From Methanocaldococcus sp. 28A (GTDB lineage Archaea; AGJL01; Methanococci; Methanococcales; Methanocaldococcaceae): 64,000 bases of DNA. A program made the translations under genes and the position numbers. Shown piece by piece: positions 55,196 through 64,000 of this stretch; position 1 is the first letter of the stretch, and each line of letters starts with the position of its first letter. The DNA lies in assembly GCA_049852185.1 (NCBI GenBank), contig CP187540.1; one strand, written 5' to 3'. The notes under the pieces were generated by a model. The model searched no databases. It worked only from the letters and a program-made list of their open reading frames with translations, and was not told the DNA's origin.

Positions 55196-55903
55196 CTATT
55201 CACTATATTTCTTAACAACTTTTGTTTGGACATTTCCTTTGGTTATTTTGTTTAGATGAGCATAGAACTCTGCTTCAATACCACTTGGTATTTCAATTAA
55301 TACAATTAAAGAACCATCTGGTTGCCATTCTTCTTGTTTAACAGCTCCAAATTGATATAAAGCATTATATGCCTTAGAAGCAAATTCTGCAGGAATTTTG
55401 ACAGCAATATCTCTCTTTTCAAATCTAATTGGTAAAAGTTTTTTAAGCTTTTTAACAATTTCAGGAACTTGTTCTTCAGCACTTTTGTAAATGTCAATAT
55501 TAATTCTTAACTCTTCAATTGCCTTTTCAATTCTATGTGGTGGATGTGGAGTATCTGTTTGTGGGTTTATGGTGTTTCTACTAATTATGGTTATAATTTG
55601 TCTTTTCTTTTGTTCTCTAATTTCTTCTCTCTGCTTAGCAGTTAATTGAACTTGACCTTTTAATATAATTTTTTTAGCAATTTCTTTAACATCAGTAGTC
55701 CCAAAAACTTTTAATAAAATATCTTCAGGGGCTTTTTCCCCTTTATTTGCGTCTCTAAACACTACTTCAACAGCTAAAAGCTCATCCATATCTACATTTT
55801 GACCTTCTTTAAGTTTAGCTGCTAAATATGGGTCAACTAAAATTTCAAATTTTTCGCCATGTGAATTATATCTTGCAATTACAGCCTCTTCTAAGGACAC
55901 CAT
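55196..55903 (-). CDS. Ribosome maturation factor SBDS/Sdo1
   Basis: AVIARY, GEKFEI, GQVQLT, PHPP. Confidence 0.93.
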   Translation of the reverse strand: MVSLEEAVIARYNSHGEKFEILVDPYLAAKLKEGQNVDMDELLAVEVVFRDANKGEKAPEDILLKVFGTTDVKEIAKKIILKGQVQLTAKQREEIREQKKRQIITIISRNTINPQTDTPHPPHRIEKAIEELRINIDIYKSAEEQVPEIVKKLKKLLPIRFEKRDIAVKIPAEFASKAYNALYQFGAVKQEEWQPDGSLIVLIEIPSGIEAEFYAHLNKITKGNVQTKVVKKYSE

Positions 55904-55945
55904 AATATCCCTCCCTACATTATATAAATGTTTCGGATTATCAAT

Positions 55946-56220
55946 TTAAATATTTTCTCTTTTTTCATTTAAGCCCAAATATAATGTATAGTACTGCAGT
56001 ATAATTGTCATCTTTCCAATATAGTTTGGGGAGTAATGTCTCCATAACCTATTGTTTATTTTTGGATTTGCTCCATTCTCAGCCAACCCTATAAAACGTG
56101 ACAATATGAAACTAAATATTTAAATTATTGTTATAAAGTTAAGAGTTTCAGAATATATCAAATAATATAGTTTTAATTAACCCTAAACTGACAAATGCTG
56201 ATGCTGTTGTTGATTGTAAT
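55946..56220 (-). pseudogene. Potassium channel remnant
   Basis: One frame reads LAENGANPKINN; a shifted frame reads TIGYGDITPQT (selectivity filter near 56023-56055); the pore helix is missing; ends approximate. Confidence 0.65.
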
Positions 56221-56316
56221 GAATAAAAATGGTTTTAGAAAAATATTTTAATATGGAAAAATATAATACACTAAGAATAATGTAATTATAATTTTAATTT
56301 TATGTAGGTGGAGATA

Positions 56317-56910
56317 ATGGAACTTGAAGAAGATCTAAGGAGGACTGTAGAATTTCATGGACATCTTTGTGTTGGGTTGGCTTTAGGTTATAGAGTAGCA
56401 AAATATGTTAAAAAATATTATAAAAGGTCTGAAGATGAAGAACTAGTAGCAATAGTATATAATAACTCATGTAGTGTGGATGCTATTCAGTATTTGTTAG
56501 GTTGTACATTTGGTAAAGGGAATTTAATATTTAAAGATTATGGTAAGCATGTATATATCTTTTTTTCAAGAGAAAATGAAAATAAAAAAGGATTAAAAAT
56601 AACTTTTAAAGATTTTTTATTTGAAGAAATAAATGAAACAAGAGATTTATTAAAAGATATTGAAAACCCTGAAGAAAAGAAAAAATATATTGAAGATTTA
56701 AAAAATAAATGTATAGAGAAAATTCTAAGTCTATCAGATGAGGATCTTTTAATTATAAAAGAAGTAGAAATTCCTGAACCTAAAAAAGCTAAAATTTATC
56801 CATCAATTAAATGTGAAGAGTGTGGAGAGTATTTTATGGAAATTAAAGGAAGACTGATTAATGGAAAAATAGTTTGTATAGAATGTTTTAAAAAATTAAT
56901 AGAAAAATAA
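56317..56910 (+). CDS. FmdE-family protein with C-terminal zinc finger
   Basis: FHGHLCVGLALG, CSVDAIQ-GCTFGKGN, CEECGE...CIEC. Confidence 0.9.
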   Translation: MELEEDLRRTVEFHGHLCVGLALGYRVAKYVKKYYKRSEDEELVAIVYNNSCSVDAIQYLLGCTFGKGNLIFKDYGKHVYIFFSRENENKKGLKITFKDFLFEEINETRDLLKDIENPEEKKKYIEDLKNKCIEKILSLSDEDLLIIKEVEIPEPKKAKIYPSIKCEECGEYFMEIKGRLINGKIVCIECFKKLIEK

Positions 56911-56926
56911 AAAATAAAAAAGATTC

Positions 56927-57526
56927 TTAAACTGATACTTTTTGTTTTGAGAAATAATATGATCTGATAAATTTAGCCACATATCTTGCTACATAATCTC
57001 CAACGAATCCAGATACTATTGATAATATTAACGCAATAATTACTCCTGATAAAGTATAGTATGATGACCAGTGAGGATATACTGCTATAGTATAGTAACA
57101 AATCCAATTAATAATCATAAATACCGCAAGTCCTACAGCACCATTAAATCTCTCTGTTAAGTAACCCAGAACTAATGCAGATATAATTCCAATAATACTA
57201 TACCATGTAGGAACTACAATACTAAACCATGGGCCCTCTAAAAGATAAAATGAGGCCAGTAATAATGAAACAACAATTCCATAATATTTTCCACATAACT
57301 CCTTAGCAAGAGTTATCCAGAATATATAGTATATCCCTCCAAATATTGCAGGTCCTAGGAATGGAGCATGTAACCAGGATGCGAATGTACTTTCTCCTCC
57401 AGCTGCAAGACTTATAAAATACCCAATACTTGCGAATATAAAGGAAACTCCAAGTTTAGCGATACTATTTGTGATTACTGGAGTGTGCTCATTTACATTA
57501 CCAGATACAGTATCTACAGATGTCAT
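56927..57526 (-). CDS. Integral membrane protein (about 6 TM), ECF S-component-like size and topology
   Basis: 199-aa hydrophobic protein whose start overlaps the radical SAM gene end; family uncertain. Confidence 0.6.
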   Translation of the reverse strand: MTSVDTVSGNVNEHTPVITNSIAKLGVSFIFASIGYFISLAAGGESTFASWLHAPFLGPAIFGGIYYIFWITLAKELCGKYYGIVVSLLLASFYLLEGPWFSIVVPTWYSIIGIISALVLGYLTERFNGAVGLAVFMIINWICYYTIAVYPHWSSYYTLSGVIIALILSIVSGFVGDYVARYVAKFIRSYYFSKQKVSV

Positions 57527-58334
57527 TTTTTTTCACCATCTTTTTTATATATTGAATATGTCTTTTCCTTAATTCACTATATGAAGTTCTTGCATCTCCT
57601 AAAGAGTCTTCAGTTAGATAAACACACGGAGATTGCATACAATCCCATCGAACAAATATACAGTTTAGTAATATTCTACAGGGCGTAGTATGAGGAAGTG
57701 GTGGATAGATTTTTATTTTATTTTTATATTTTGACAATAAATTAGTTAAAAATTCTTTTTCTTCTTTTGACGTTAATCCATACTTTACATCAGGATCTAC
57801 TCCATAGATATCAAATAATCTATGTAACACAATTCCATCAACACCTAATTCTATCCCTACATCTATAATTTCTGGAATATGGTCTAAATTATCCTTGAAC
57901 ATAGTAACATCAATATAGGTAACTAATGGAATATCCCTTTCATTTCTCTCCTCAATAAGTTTTTTTATATTTTCTAAAACTTTTTCTTTTCCATCTAATG
58001 AAAATATACCAAATGCGATTTCGTCTAATCCACTATTTAATATTTCTTCTAATCTTTTATCGAGTAATGTTCCATTAGTACAAAGACTGGCTTTAATGTT
58101 TAACGATTTTACATAGGAGACCATTTTAAATAAATCTGGATGAAGAAGACATTCACCCCAACCATGCAACGCCACTTCATTAAAATCTTTAAGAGGCAAT
58201 TTTTTGAAATCTTCAAATGACATATACCCTACAGGTCTATTTAAATGACGTCTCATACAAATTTTACAGTTACTATTACAGTCATTAGTCGTCTCCACTT
58301 GTAATATTTTAGGCTTTATTATAAATGAAATCAT
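57498..58334 (-). CDS. Radical SAM protein with SPASM/Twitch-like C-terminal Cys domain
   Basis: CNSNCKIC, HGWGE, TNG, C-terminal PC...SPC...CRYC. Confidence 0.88.
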   Translation of the reverse strand: MISFIIKPKILQVETTNDCNSNCKICMRRHLNRPVGYMSFEDFKKLPLKDFNEVALHGWGECLLHPDLFKMVSYVKSLNIKASLCTNGTLLDKRLEEILNSGLDEIAFGIFSLDGKEKVLENIKKLIEERNERDIPLVTYIDVTMFKDNLDHIPEIIDVGIELGVDGIVLHRLFDIYGVDPDVKYGLTSKEEKEFLTNLLSKYKNKIKIYPPLPHTTPCRILLNCIFVRWDCMQSPCVYLTEDSLGDARTSYSELRKRHIQYIKKMVKKNDICRYCIW

Positions 58335-58468
58335 ATTATTCACATTATAATTTTTTAAACTTTTTAAAATTTTTATTAATTAATTTTATTATTATTTATT
58401 AATATCAACATTAAATTGGGGTATTAAAATAATTTATATAAAAAAATTAAAAATAAAAGACCAAGATG

Positions 58469-58621
58469 TTATGATCTACTTAAGACTGGAATTTTTAATG
58501 AATCTTTTATAGCTAATAACATAGCTCCTACTAAGGCGGCAATTCCTACAACTTGTGCAATTGAGAATGCAGTTATTATAGTTGATGCTGAAACTGTAGT
58601 TACTGAAACTGGAGCACACAT
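58469..58621 (-). CDS. Small hydrophobic peptide B (50 aa, MCAP start)
   Basis: MCAPVSVTTVSASTIITAFSIAQVVGIAALVGAMLLAIKDSLKIPVLSRS; GGAGGTGA RBS. Confidence 0.85.
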   Translation of the reverse strand: MCAPVSVTTVSASTIITAFSIAQVVGIAALVGAMLLAIKDSLKIPVLSRS

Positions 58622-58670
58622 ATTTCTCACCTCCAAAAAATTTTATAAAAATTTAAAAATATATAAAGAC

Positions 58671-58835
58671 TTAGTTTGAAGAGACACTTTTAGCTTTTGC
58701 AATTTCTGAAGCTTTAGCTGAAGTTATTGCCATAATTCCTACAAGTCCTAAAACTATCATTCCTATTATTTGTGGGAGGACTAATCCAAGAGTTGGAACA
58801 CCAGTTCCAGTAGTTATTGCTATTGGAGCACACAT
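58671..58835 (-). CDS. Small hydrophobic peptide A (54 aa, MCAP start)
   Basis: MCAPIAITTGTGVPTLGLVLPQIIGMIVLGLVGIMAITSAKASEIAKAKSVSSN; GGAGGTGA RBS. Confidence 0.85.
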   Translation of the reverse strand: MCAPIAITTGTGVPTLGLVLPQIIGMIVLGLVGIMAITSAKASEIAKAKSVSSN

Positions 58836-58880
58836 ATTTCTCACCTCCAAAAAATTTTACAATAATTAAATGTTACTTGC

Positions 58881-58935
58881 AAATATATAAACTTTTCTGT
58901 GAAAAATTTTTATAAAAATCATAAAATTTATGATT
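58881..58935 (-). promoter_or_regulatory. Putative BRE/TATA promoter and palindromic operator for the MCAP peptide genes
   Basis: Minus strand AAAAGTTTATATATTT at 58881-58896; AATCATAAA-A-TTTATGATT at 58917-58935. Confidence 0.45.
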
Positions 58936-58991
58936 AATAATTATGTAAAGTAATAATATAATGTTATAAAAATAAAAAGAAGAAAGTTAGT

Positions 58992-60404
58992 TTAGTGCTC
59001 TATTTGGTACAAGACAGCTGGTAAAGGAGTTTCATTTAATTTACCTTCTTTTGCAAGTTTTAATATATTCTCTGCCTCAGGTTTGAAATATTTTGCCCAA
59101 CCGACAAGTTGTGCTTTATCATACCATGTTTTTAAATTTAACTCATCTACAGCTTTTTGGGCATATTTTATTGAGTCATTCTTATCTCCTAATTTAGCAT
59201 ATGTAAACGCAGCCATTTCAGTACCTAAGAAGTAATAGTTTTCATGTGCAATTGATCTGTCAGAGATGTTCCAGTAGTTTGAAAGGTATAAGAAGTCATT
59301 TAATGCTTTTTTGTAATAACTTTTATTTCCAGTGTATTCTCCAAGGTAGTAGTATGCCAATCCTCTTTCATAATGTCCTACTGGTAAGTCACCTGGATAG
59401 TGATCTCCACCATCTTCTGTCATTCCTGTAGAGTACTCAACATTTGCTAAAAGGTTTTTTATAGCATCTTTTTTATCTCCTCTTTTCATATCTACCATAG
59501 CAATGTATCTGTGAGCCTCTCCAATATATGGTGAATCAGGATAATCATTTATTATTTTATTACATAAGTTAAGTACCTCATCATATTTACCAAGTTCATA
59601 AGCGGAAACAGCAGTAGGCATATATCCTAAATCCATAGCCCAACCATATTTTGGTCCATAATCGTCAATAAATTTATGACAGTAGTAATATGCAGTTGAG
59701 TAATTTGCATTACCAAATTCTGAATTTATTATGTATGACCAAACATAGTGCTCGTATGCTGGACCTTCCGGTGCAATATTTACTGATAAATTATAGTAAT
59801 ACAATGCTGTTGGGAATTCCCCCATAGCCAAATAAGTTCTTGCAGTATTTGCATATAACGTTGCTAAAGCCCCTTTTCCACCATATTTTTCAAGTACGGG
59901 AATATTTTGCATTGCTTTAAAGTAGTATGGTAATACTTTATTTTTTCTATCAGGATATGAATCATAGTAGAAGTAATTAGCATCTCCAATTCTTACATAA
60001 CCTAATGCTTTTGCTTCAGGCATTAAGTTCATAAATCTCTCAACAGCATAGATACCTTCATGATAATATTTATCTTCCTGTTCTAAGCCATCTTGTTTGT
60101 ATGTATGGTATGGGAATTTATCATAATGGTGGAAGTGATCTTGATTGATATACACATTCGCTAAATTGTACCAAGCCCATGGATAGTTTGGATCAGCCTC
60201 TATAGCCTTTTTTAATAATTGTTCCGCGATTTTATACTCTGTCATGTTACTATTTGCTATAGCATCTCTAACTATTGGAACTGCTTCATTAGTATATTTT
60301 ATAGCAGTTGCTTCTGCAGAATATGTTTTGTAAGCATCTACTGCTAAACCTAACGCCAATGCAATGCATATAATACCTATTATTAACTTTACGTAATTTT
60401 TCAT
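58992..60404 (-). CDS. Exported or membrane-anchored Tyr-rich tetratricopeptide-repeat protein
   Basis: N-terminal signal/TM; TPR patterns KAIEADPNYPWAWYNLANVY and LGKYDEV...YPDSPY. Confidence 0.8.
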   Translation of the reverse strand: MKNYVKLIIGIICIALALGLAVDAYKTYSAEATAIKYTNEAVPIVRDAIANSNMTEYKIAEQLLKKAIEADPNYPWAWYNLANVYINQDHFHHYDKFPYHTYKQDGLEQEDKYYHEGIYAVERFMNLMPEAKALGYVRIGDANYFYYDSYPDRKNKVLPYYFKAMQNIPVLEKYGGKGALATLYANTARTYLAMGEFPTALYYYNLSVNIAPEGPAYEHYVWSYIINSEFGNANYSTAYYYCHKFIDDYGPKYGWAMDLGYMPTAVSAYELGKYDEVLNLCNKIINDYPDSPYIGEAHRYIAMVDMKRGDKKDAIKNLLANVEYSTGMTEDGGDHYPGDLPVGHYERGLAYYYLGEYTGNKSYYKKALNDFLYLSNYWNISDRSIAHENYYFLGTEMAAFTYAKLGDKNDSIKYAQKAVDELNLKTWYDKAQLVGWAKYFKPEAENILKLAKEGKLNETPLPAVLYQIEH

Positions 60405-60522
60405 ACATAACCCCCCTACTATTTACTAAATTATTTCTTAATTGTAATAAAATTAACATGATATAAGTTGGAGGTAGAGGTATATATATGTAACTATTTG
60501 ATATATCCAAATGTGTATATTA

Positions 60523-60830
60523 TTTTTGAGATAAACCTCGTAAGGAGTTTTAAAATCACTACGTAGTAAGCGAGCAACGAAAACCTTAGGTTTTCGTCTA
60601 ATCTAAAGAAAGATATGGTTTTATTTTACTATGCCATTTATTAAACTTATTTAGTCGATATTCTACTTCTCTATTTATTCGTTCAACTTTATCAATTGTT
60701 TTAGGATGTCTAACGGAAGTTCTTATGTGTTCAATATTATGCTCTGCAAGAAACTTCTGGAATTTGGATATACCTCATTTTGCAGGAACGAATTGAGTTC
60801 CATTGTCTGTTAATATTTTCTCTAGCAATC
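60523..60830 (-). pseudogene. IS481-like integrase-core transposase remnant
   Basis: Minus-strand ILTDNGTQF; 60524-60620 matches the reverse complement of 31131-31180. Confidence 0.65.
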
Positions 60831-60943
60831 TATATGACGATTTGAAACAGTTGAGCAGATATAACAACAAATCACAAAAATTAAATAAAGGGAAAGTAAT
60901 AGAAGAATTTCTAAAATAAAAGAGTTTAAGATATACGTTTTAT

Positions 60944-61708
60944 TTATTCTTTATTTTTTTCTTCTGTTCTCTTATTTTCTTCATTTAATTTATTTTTAAC
61001 TTTCTCTATGAGTTTTTTTATTTCTTCTACAGAGATTTTCTTAAATTGTGAATCTTTAACTGTTATTACACAAACATCAACATTTTCTGCTTTTATATCT
61101 TCATTTGCTTTTGCTAATGCAGTTATGGCTAACTCTAAACCTTCGTCTAATGTTATATCATCTTTATACTCTTTTTCTAACAACTCCATAACTACAGGTC
61201 TTCCACTACCAATTGCAGTCGCTTTATATTCAATTAAAGCCCCACTTGGGTCTGTTTCAAATAATCTTGCTTCATTTTTATCAATTCCAGCAATTAATAA
61301 TGAAACTCCAAATGGTCTAACTCCTCCATGTTGTGTATATGCTTGTTTAATATCGCAAATTTTTTTTGCTAACATTTCAATTGATATCTCTTCTCCATAA
61401 GTTAATCTGTAAATCTGAGCTTCCAATCTCGCTCTATCAATTAAGACTCTTGCATCAGCGACTAATCCAGATGTAGCAGCTGCTACATGGTCATCAATTT
61501 GGAATATCTTCTCTATTGACCTAATTTTTACGAGTTTGCTTGTTATTCTTCTATCAACCGCTAATACAACACCATCTTTACAGGCAATACCTATCGCTGT
61601 AGTTCCTCTCCTTACAGCCTCTCTTGCATATTCTACTTGATATAATCTACCCTCCGGACTAAATACTGTAATTGCTCTATCATAAGCACTTGGTGGTACC
61701 ATTTGCAT
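60944..61708 (-). CDS. psmA: Proteasome subunit alpha
   Basis: [31 protein letters not shown]. Confidence 0.97.
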   Translation of the reverse strand: MQMVPPSAYDRAITVFSPEGRLYQVEYAREAVRRGTTAIGIACKDGVVLAVDRRITSKLVKIRSIEKIFQIDDHVAAATSGLVADARVLIDRARLEAQIYRLTYGEEISIEMLAKKICDIKQAYTQHGGVRPFGVSLLIAGIDKNEARLFETDPSGALIEYKATAIGSGRPVVMELLEKEYKDDITLDEGLELAITALAKANEDIKAENVDVCVITVKDSQFKKISVEEIKKLIEKVKNKLNEENKRTEEKNKE

Positions 61709-61892
61709 GCTTTCCCCCAGTATAATATTTTTAAAATAAACATCAACTTTGGATGTTTTTTAGTTATTTATTTCATTCATAATAAATTTTTATTTTTATT
61801 CTTTTTTATTTTTATGTGTAATCTCATTTTGTTATTGTTTGTGTTAAGTATGGACATAACCATAAATTATATATATGATGATGAATAAAATA

Positions 61893-61969
61893 TAGGTGTG
61901 TGTAAAACTATCTTAAATAAAATTAAGGTATTTATTTGAATGAATGCCTACCTTATGGTAAGCATCTAG
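61893..61969. mobile_element. Partial MITE family B copy
   Basis: TAGGTGTGTGTAAAACTATCTTAAATAAAATTA matches the reverse complement of 47831-47863; core AATGCCTACCTTATGGTAAGCAT. Confidence 0.55.
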
Positions 61970-61985
61970 TGTGTGGTGATACAAA

Positions 61986-62273
61986 ATGAAAAAGGTAGTT
62001 ATATCAGATGAAGCTAAAGAGTACATCTTAGATAAGTTAAAGAAAGCTAACCATGATATAATTGTTATACACTTTGAAGGATTCGGATGAGGAGGGCCTA
62101 AATTTGGAATTTCTATAGCCCACCCCAATGATAATGACAAATTAATCTATAACAAGGAATTTAAAATCTATATAGACCCTATTGCCGACCAATGGCTTGA
62201 TGAAGTTAATATCTTATTAAGAAGATCAATATTTGGAAAGTCTCTTAAGATAAAAGATAGTAGTAAGTGCTAA
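61986..62273 (+). CDS. HesB-like selenoprotein (in-frame UGA at 62088-62090), 95 aa
   Basis: MKKVVISDEAK...HFEGFG-U-GGPKFGISI...SSKC; GGTGA RBS; frame stays open for 60 codons after the UGA. Confidence 0.88.
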
Positions 62274-62279
62274 CTAAGA

Positions 62280-62342
62280 ACCGTTTCCCATTTTCATAGT
62301 AATTTTATATACAAACCGATAGCTATGAAAATGGGAAACGGT
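62280..62342. repeat. Perfect 20-bp inverted repeat in the selenoprotein 3' UTR (SECIS candidate or mobile end)
   Basis: ACCGTTTCCCATTTTCATAG-23 nt-CTATGAAAATGGGAAACGGT. Confidence 0.7.
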
Positions 62343-62389
62343 AGTAATGGTCTATATAAGCTTTATATAATAATAAGTTTATATAATAA

Positions 62390-63072
62390 TAGAAAATTTT
62401 TCGTTAATAATCTATTGTGATATTCTTTTTAAGGAATATTCGTTGCTTAATCATGTGAAGGAAATTATAGACTTTACTATTAACGATTTAGAAATAAATC
62501 CATCTAATATTGTAGTACTTACCGATAGAGAGTTTAAAAATTTTGAAATAATAAAAATTTTTGAAAAATACGGATGTAATTACATAAGCTTTATTCCGAA
62601 AAATGATAAAGTTAAATACTATCTTGAGGATGAATATAAAAAAGAAGAAAAATGGAAATTCGATTATGTTATCGATAGAAATACTATTCCTAAATTAGTT
62701 ATTGCTGAGGACGAAATAATTACAAACAACGAAAGAAAAAAGGTATATTATACCTTTTTAACTAATATCAACTTTGAAAATCAAGAATCTTACATAAAAA
62801 TGTATAAAAAACGATGGAATATTGAAACACAATTTAGAATGCTTAAAGATGCAGTTATAAAAACGAATTTAACATCTATAAAAGTTAGGTTGTTCCTTTT
62901 TATGCTTAAATGCGTTATTCATAACTTATAGATTAAAATAATAAAAAAGAATGTGTTTTTTTAAAATTCTTCATAATCGAAATATGTAAGTTATTAAATA
63001 AATTCGATTATTCACTCATGGTTATGCGTAATACTCGGTTGTGTATGTCTAATGCATATTCATAAGATACTG
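62390..63072 (+). pseudogene. ISH3-like transposase remnant (3' half with right end)
   Basis: ORF 62443-62931 with LTDREF and YKKRWNIETQFR; right end ...AGATACTG as at 52412. Confidence 0.7.
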
Positions 63073-63114
63073 ATAAAATTTAAAATTAAATTAAAATTAA
63101 ATAAAACTTTATAT

Positions 63115-63786
63115 TTAAATATGTAAATTTGTTATTCTAATTCCAGTCCCTTTTGACTTGTATTTTATATTTAATCCAATTAGTAATGGAGTTATTGCCT
63201 CTATAATCCTTGATTTTTCTAAATTACCACAATCAATTGCTCTAACACCATCAATTTGGTTTGCCAACTCAATAACTACCTTTTTTGCTTCTTCATCATT
63301 TCCACAAACTAAGATATCGCAATCAACAGGATTATCTAAATCTTCTAAAACAGCATGACAAATATTTTGAAATGCACTAACTACTTTACTTTCTTTTAAT
63401 ACATTCTGAACCATTTCAGCAACAGAGCCATCTGGTGGAAACAATAATCTTGTTGGTTTATCTCCAATAGCTGTTGCCAAAGGAACGCCAATAGAAACAA
63501 CTATTTTCCCCTTTAACTCTTCTTTCAACTGTTTTATTGTTGATAAGGTGTATTCATAAGGTAAAGATAGAATAACAACATCTCCCTCTTTTGCTGCATC
63601 TTTGTTCTCTAATCCAATGATATCAGCCTCAATTCCTCTCTGCTTTAATATCTCTTTAGCTCTTTTAGCTGCTTCTTCTGCTTTTTCTTTTTTCCTTGAA
63701 CCAATTATTATCTTATTGTTTTTAGCCAATCTTAAAGCTAAACCAAATCCTTGGTCTCCAGTACCTCCCAATATAGCTACTTTCAT
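63115..63786 (-). CDS. npdG: F420-dependent NADP oxidoreductase
   Basis: GGTGDQGFGLA, IGSR, GSVAE, SAFQN. Confidence 0.93.
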   Translation of the reverse strand: MKVAILGGTGDQGFGLALRLAKNNKIIIGSRKKEKAEEAAKRAKEILKQRGIEADIIGLENKDAAKEGDVVILSLPYEYTLSTIKQLKEELKGKIVVSIGVPLATAIGDKPTRLLFPPDGSVAEMVQNVLKESKVVSAFQNICHAVLEDLDNPVDCDILVCGNDEEAKKVVIELANQIDGVRAIDCGNLEKSRIIEAITPLLIGLNIKYKSKGTGIRITNLHI

Positions 63787-64000
63787 TATTCCACCGTTAA
63801 GTTTTTTATATCATAAGATTTTAAATCTTCGCTGATAATAATTTTAAAGCTCTCATTATACTGTTTAACGTTCATTTTATATATGTTGAAATATTCCTCC
63901 TTATCATACCTTGCTGAAATATGAGTTAAGATTAATGCCTTAACATTTGCCAATTTAGCTATATTTACAGCATCTCCAATTGTTGAATGCATATTCTCTT
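63786..64000 (-). CDS. rnz: Ribonuclease Z, C-terminal part (truncated by the window edge)
   Basis: HST...A...LILTHISARY motifs. Confidence 0.85.
   Translation of the reverse strand, partial: ENMHSTIGDAVNIAKLANVKALILTHISARYDKEEYFNIYKMNVKQYNESFKIIISEDLKSYDIKNLTVE

Noticed and set aside
58469-58835. MCAP peptides as phage ejection proteins or pilins
   Set aside because: Far too short for virion proteins, no viral genes nearby, and no class III signal peptide pattern
55904-60943. Island as a provirus or integrative element
   Set aside because: No integrase, attachment repeats or replication genes are visible, only an IS remnant on one side
61913-62140. 75-aa minus-strand ORF
   Set aside because: Antisense to the HesB-like selenoprotein, which explains the region better

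Overview
This is an AT-rich archaeal window that looks like Methanocaldococcus, judged from gene content, GGTGA ribosome-binding sites and a UGA-selenoprotein; the assignment is by recall, not by search. Bases 1-30.3 kb are a surface-glycan locus. It covers UDP-GlcA/UDP-Xyl, a heptose pathway whose GmhB is fused to a HEPN domain beside an MNT gene, surface proteins, dTDP-rhamnose genes with an intein in RmlB, a sulfate-activation operon, a flippase and fdtABC-like genes. Bases 31-56 kb are mostly housekeeping (tuf, rps10, ftr, pst, hisS, eno, trpD, tRNA-Ala, purL, ndk, and the rpl18a-pcc1-Brix-rpoP-rpl37ae-SBDS cluster). Four IS families and two MITE families are scattered throughout. The best novel candidate is a ~5 kb island between psmA and SBDS (55.9-60.9 kb). 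It encodes two paralogous 50/54-aa hydrophobic peptides beginning MCAP that are absent from the ORF track, a radical SAM/SPASM enzyme, a membrane protein, an exported TPR protein and an FmdE-family protein. The second candidate is the PAPS operon, which has no recognisable sulfotransferase but has two Thr-nucleophile alkaline-phosphatase-superfamily enzymes and an RHH protein carrying a detached LRALGY tail. All family calls come from motif recognition only.
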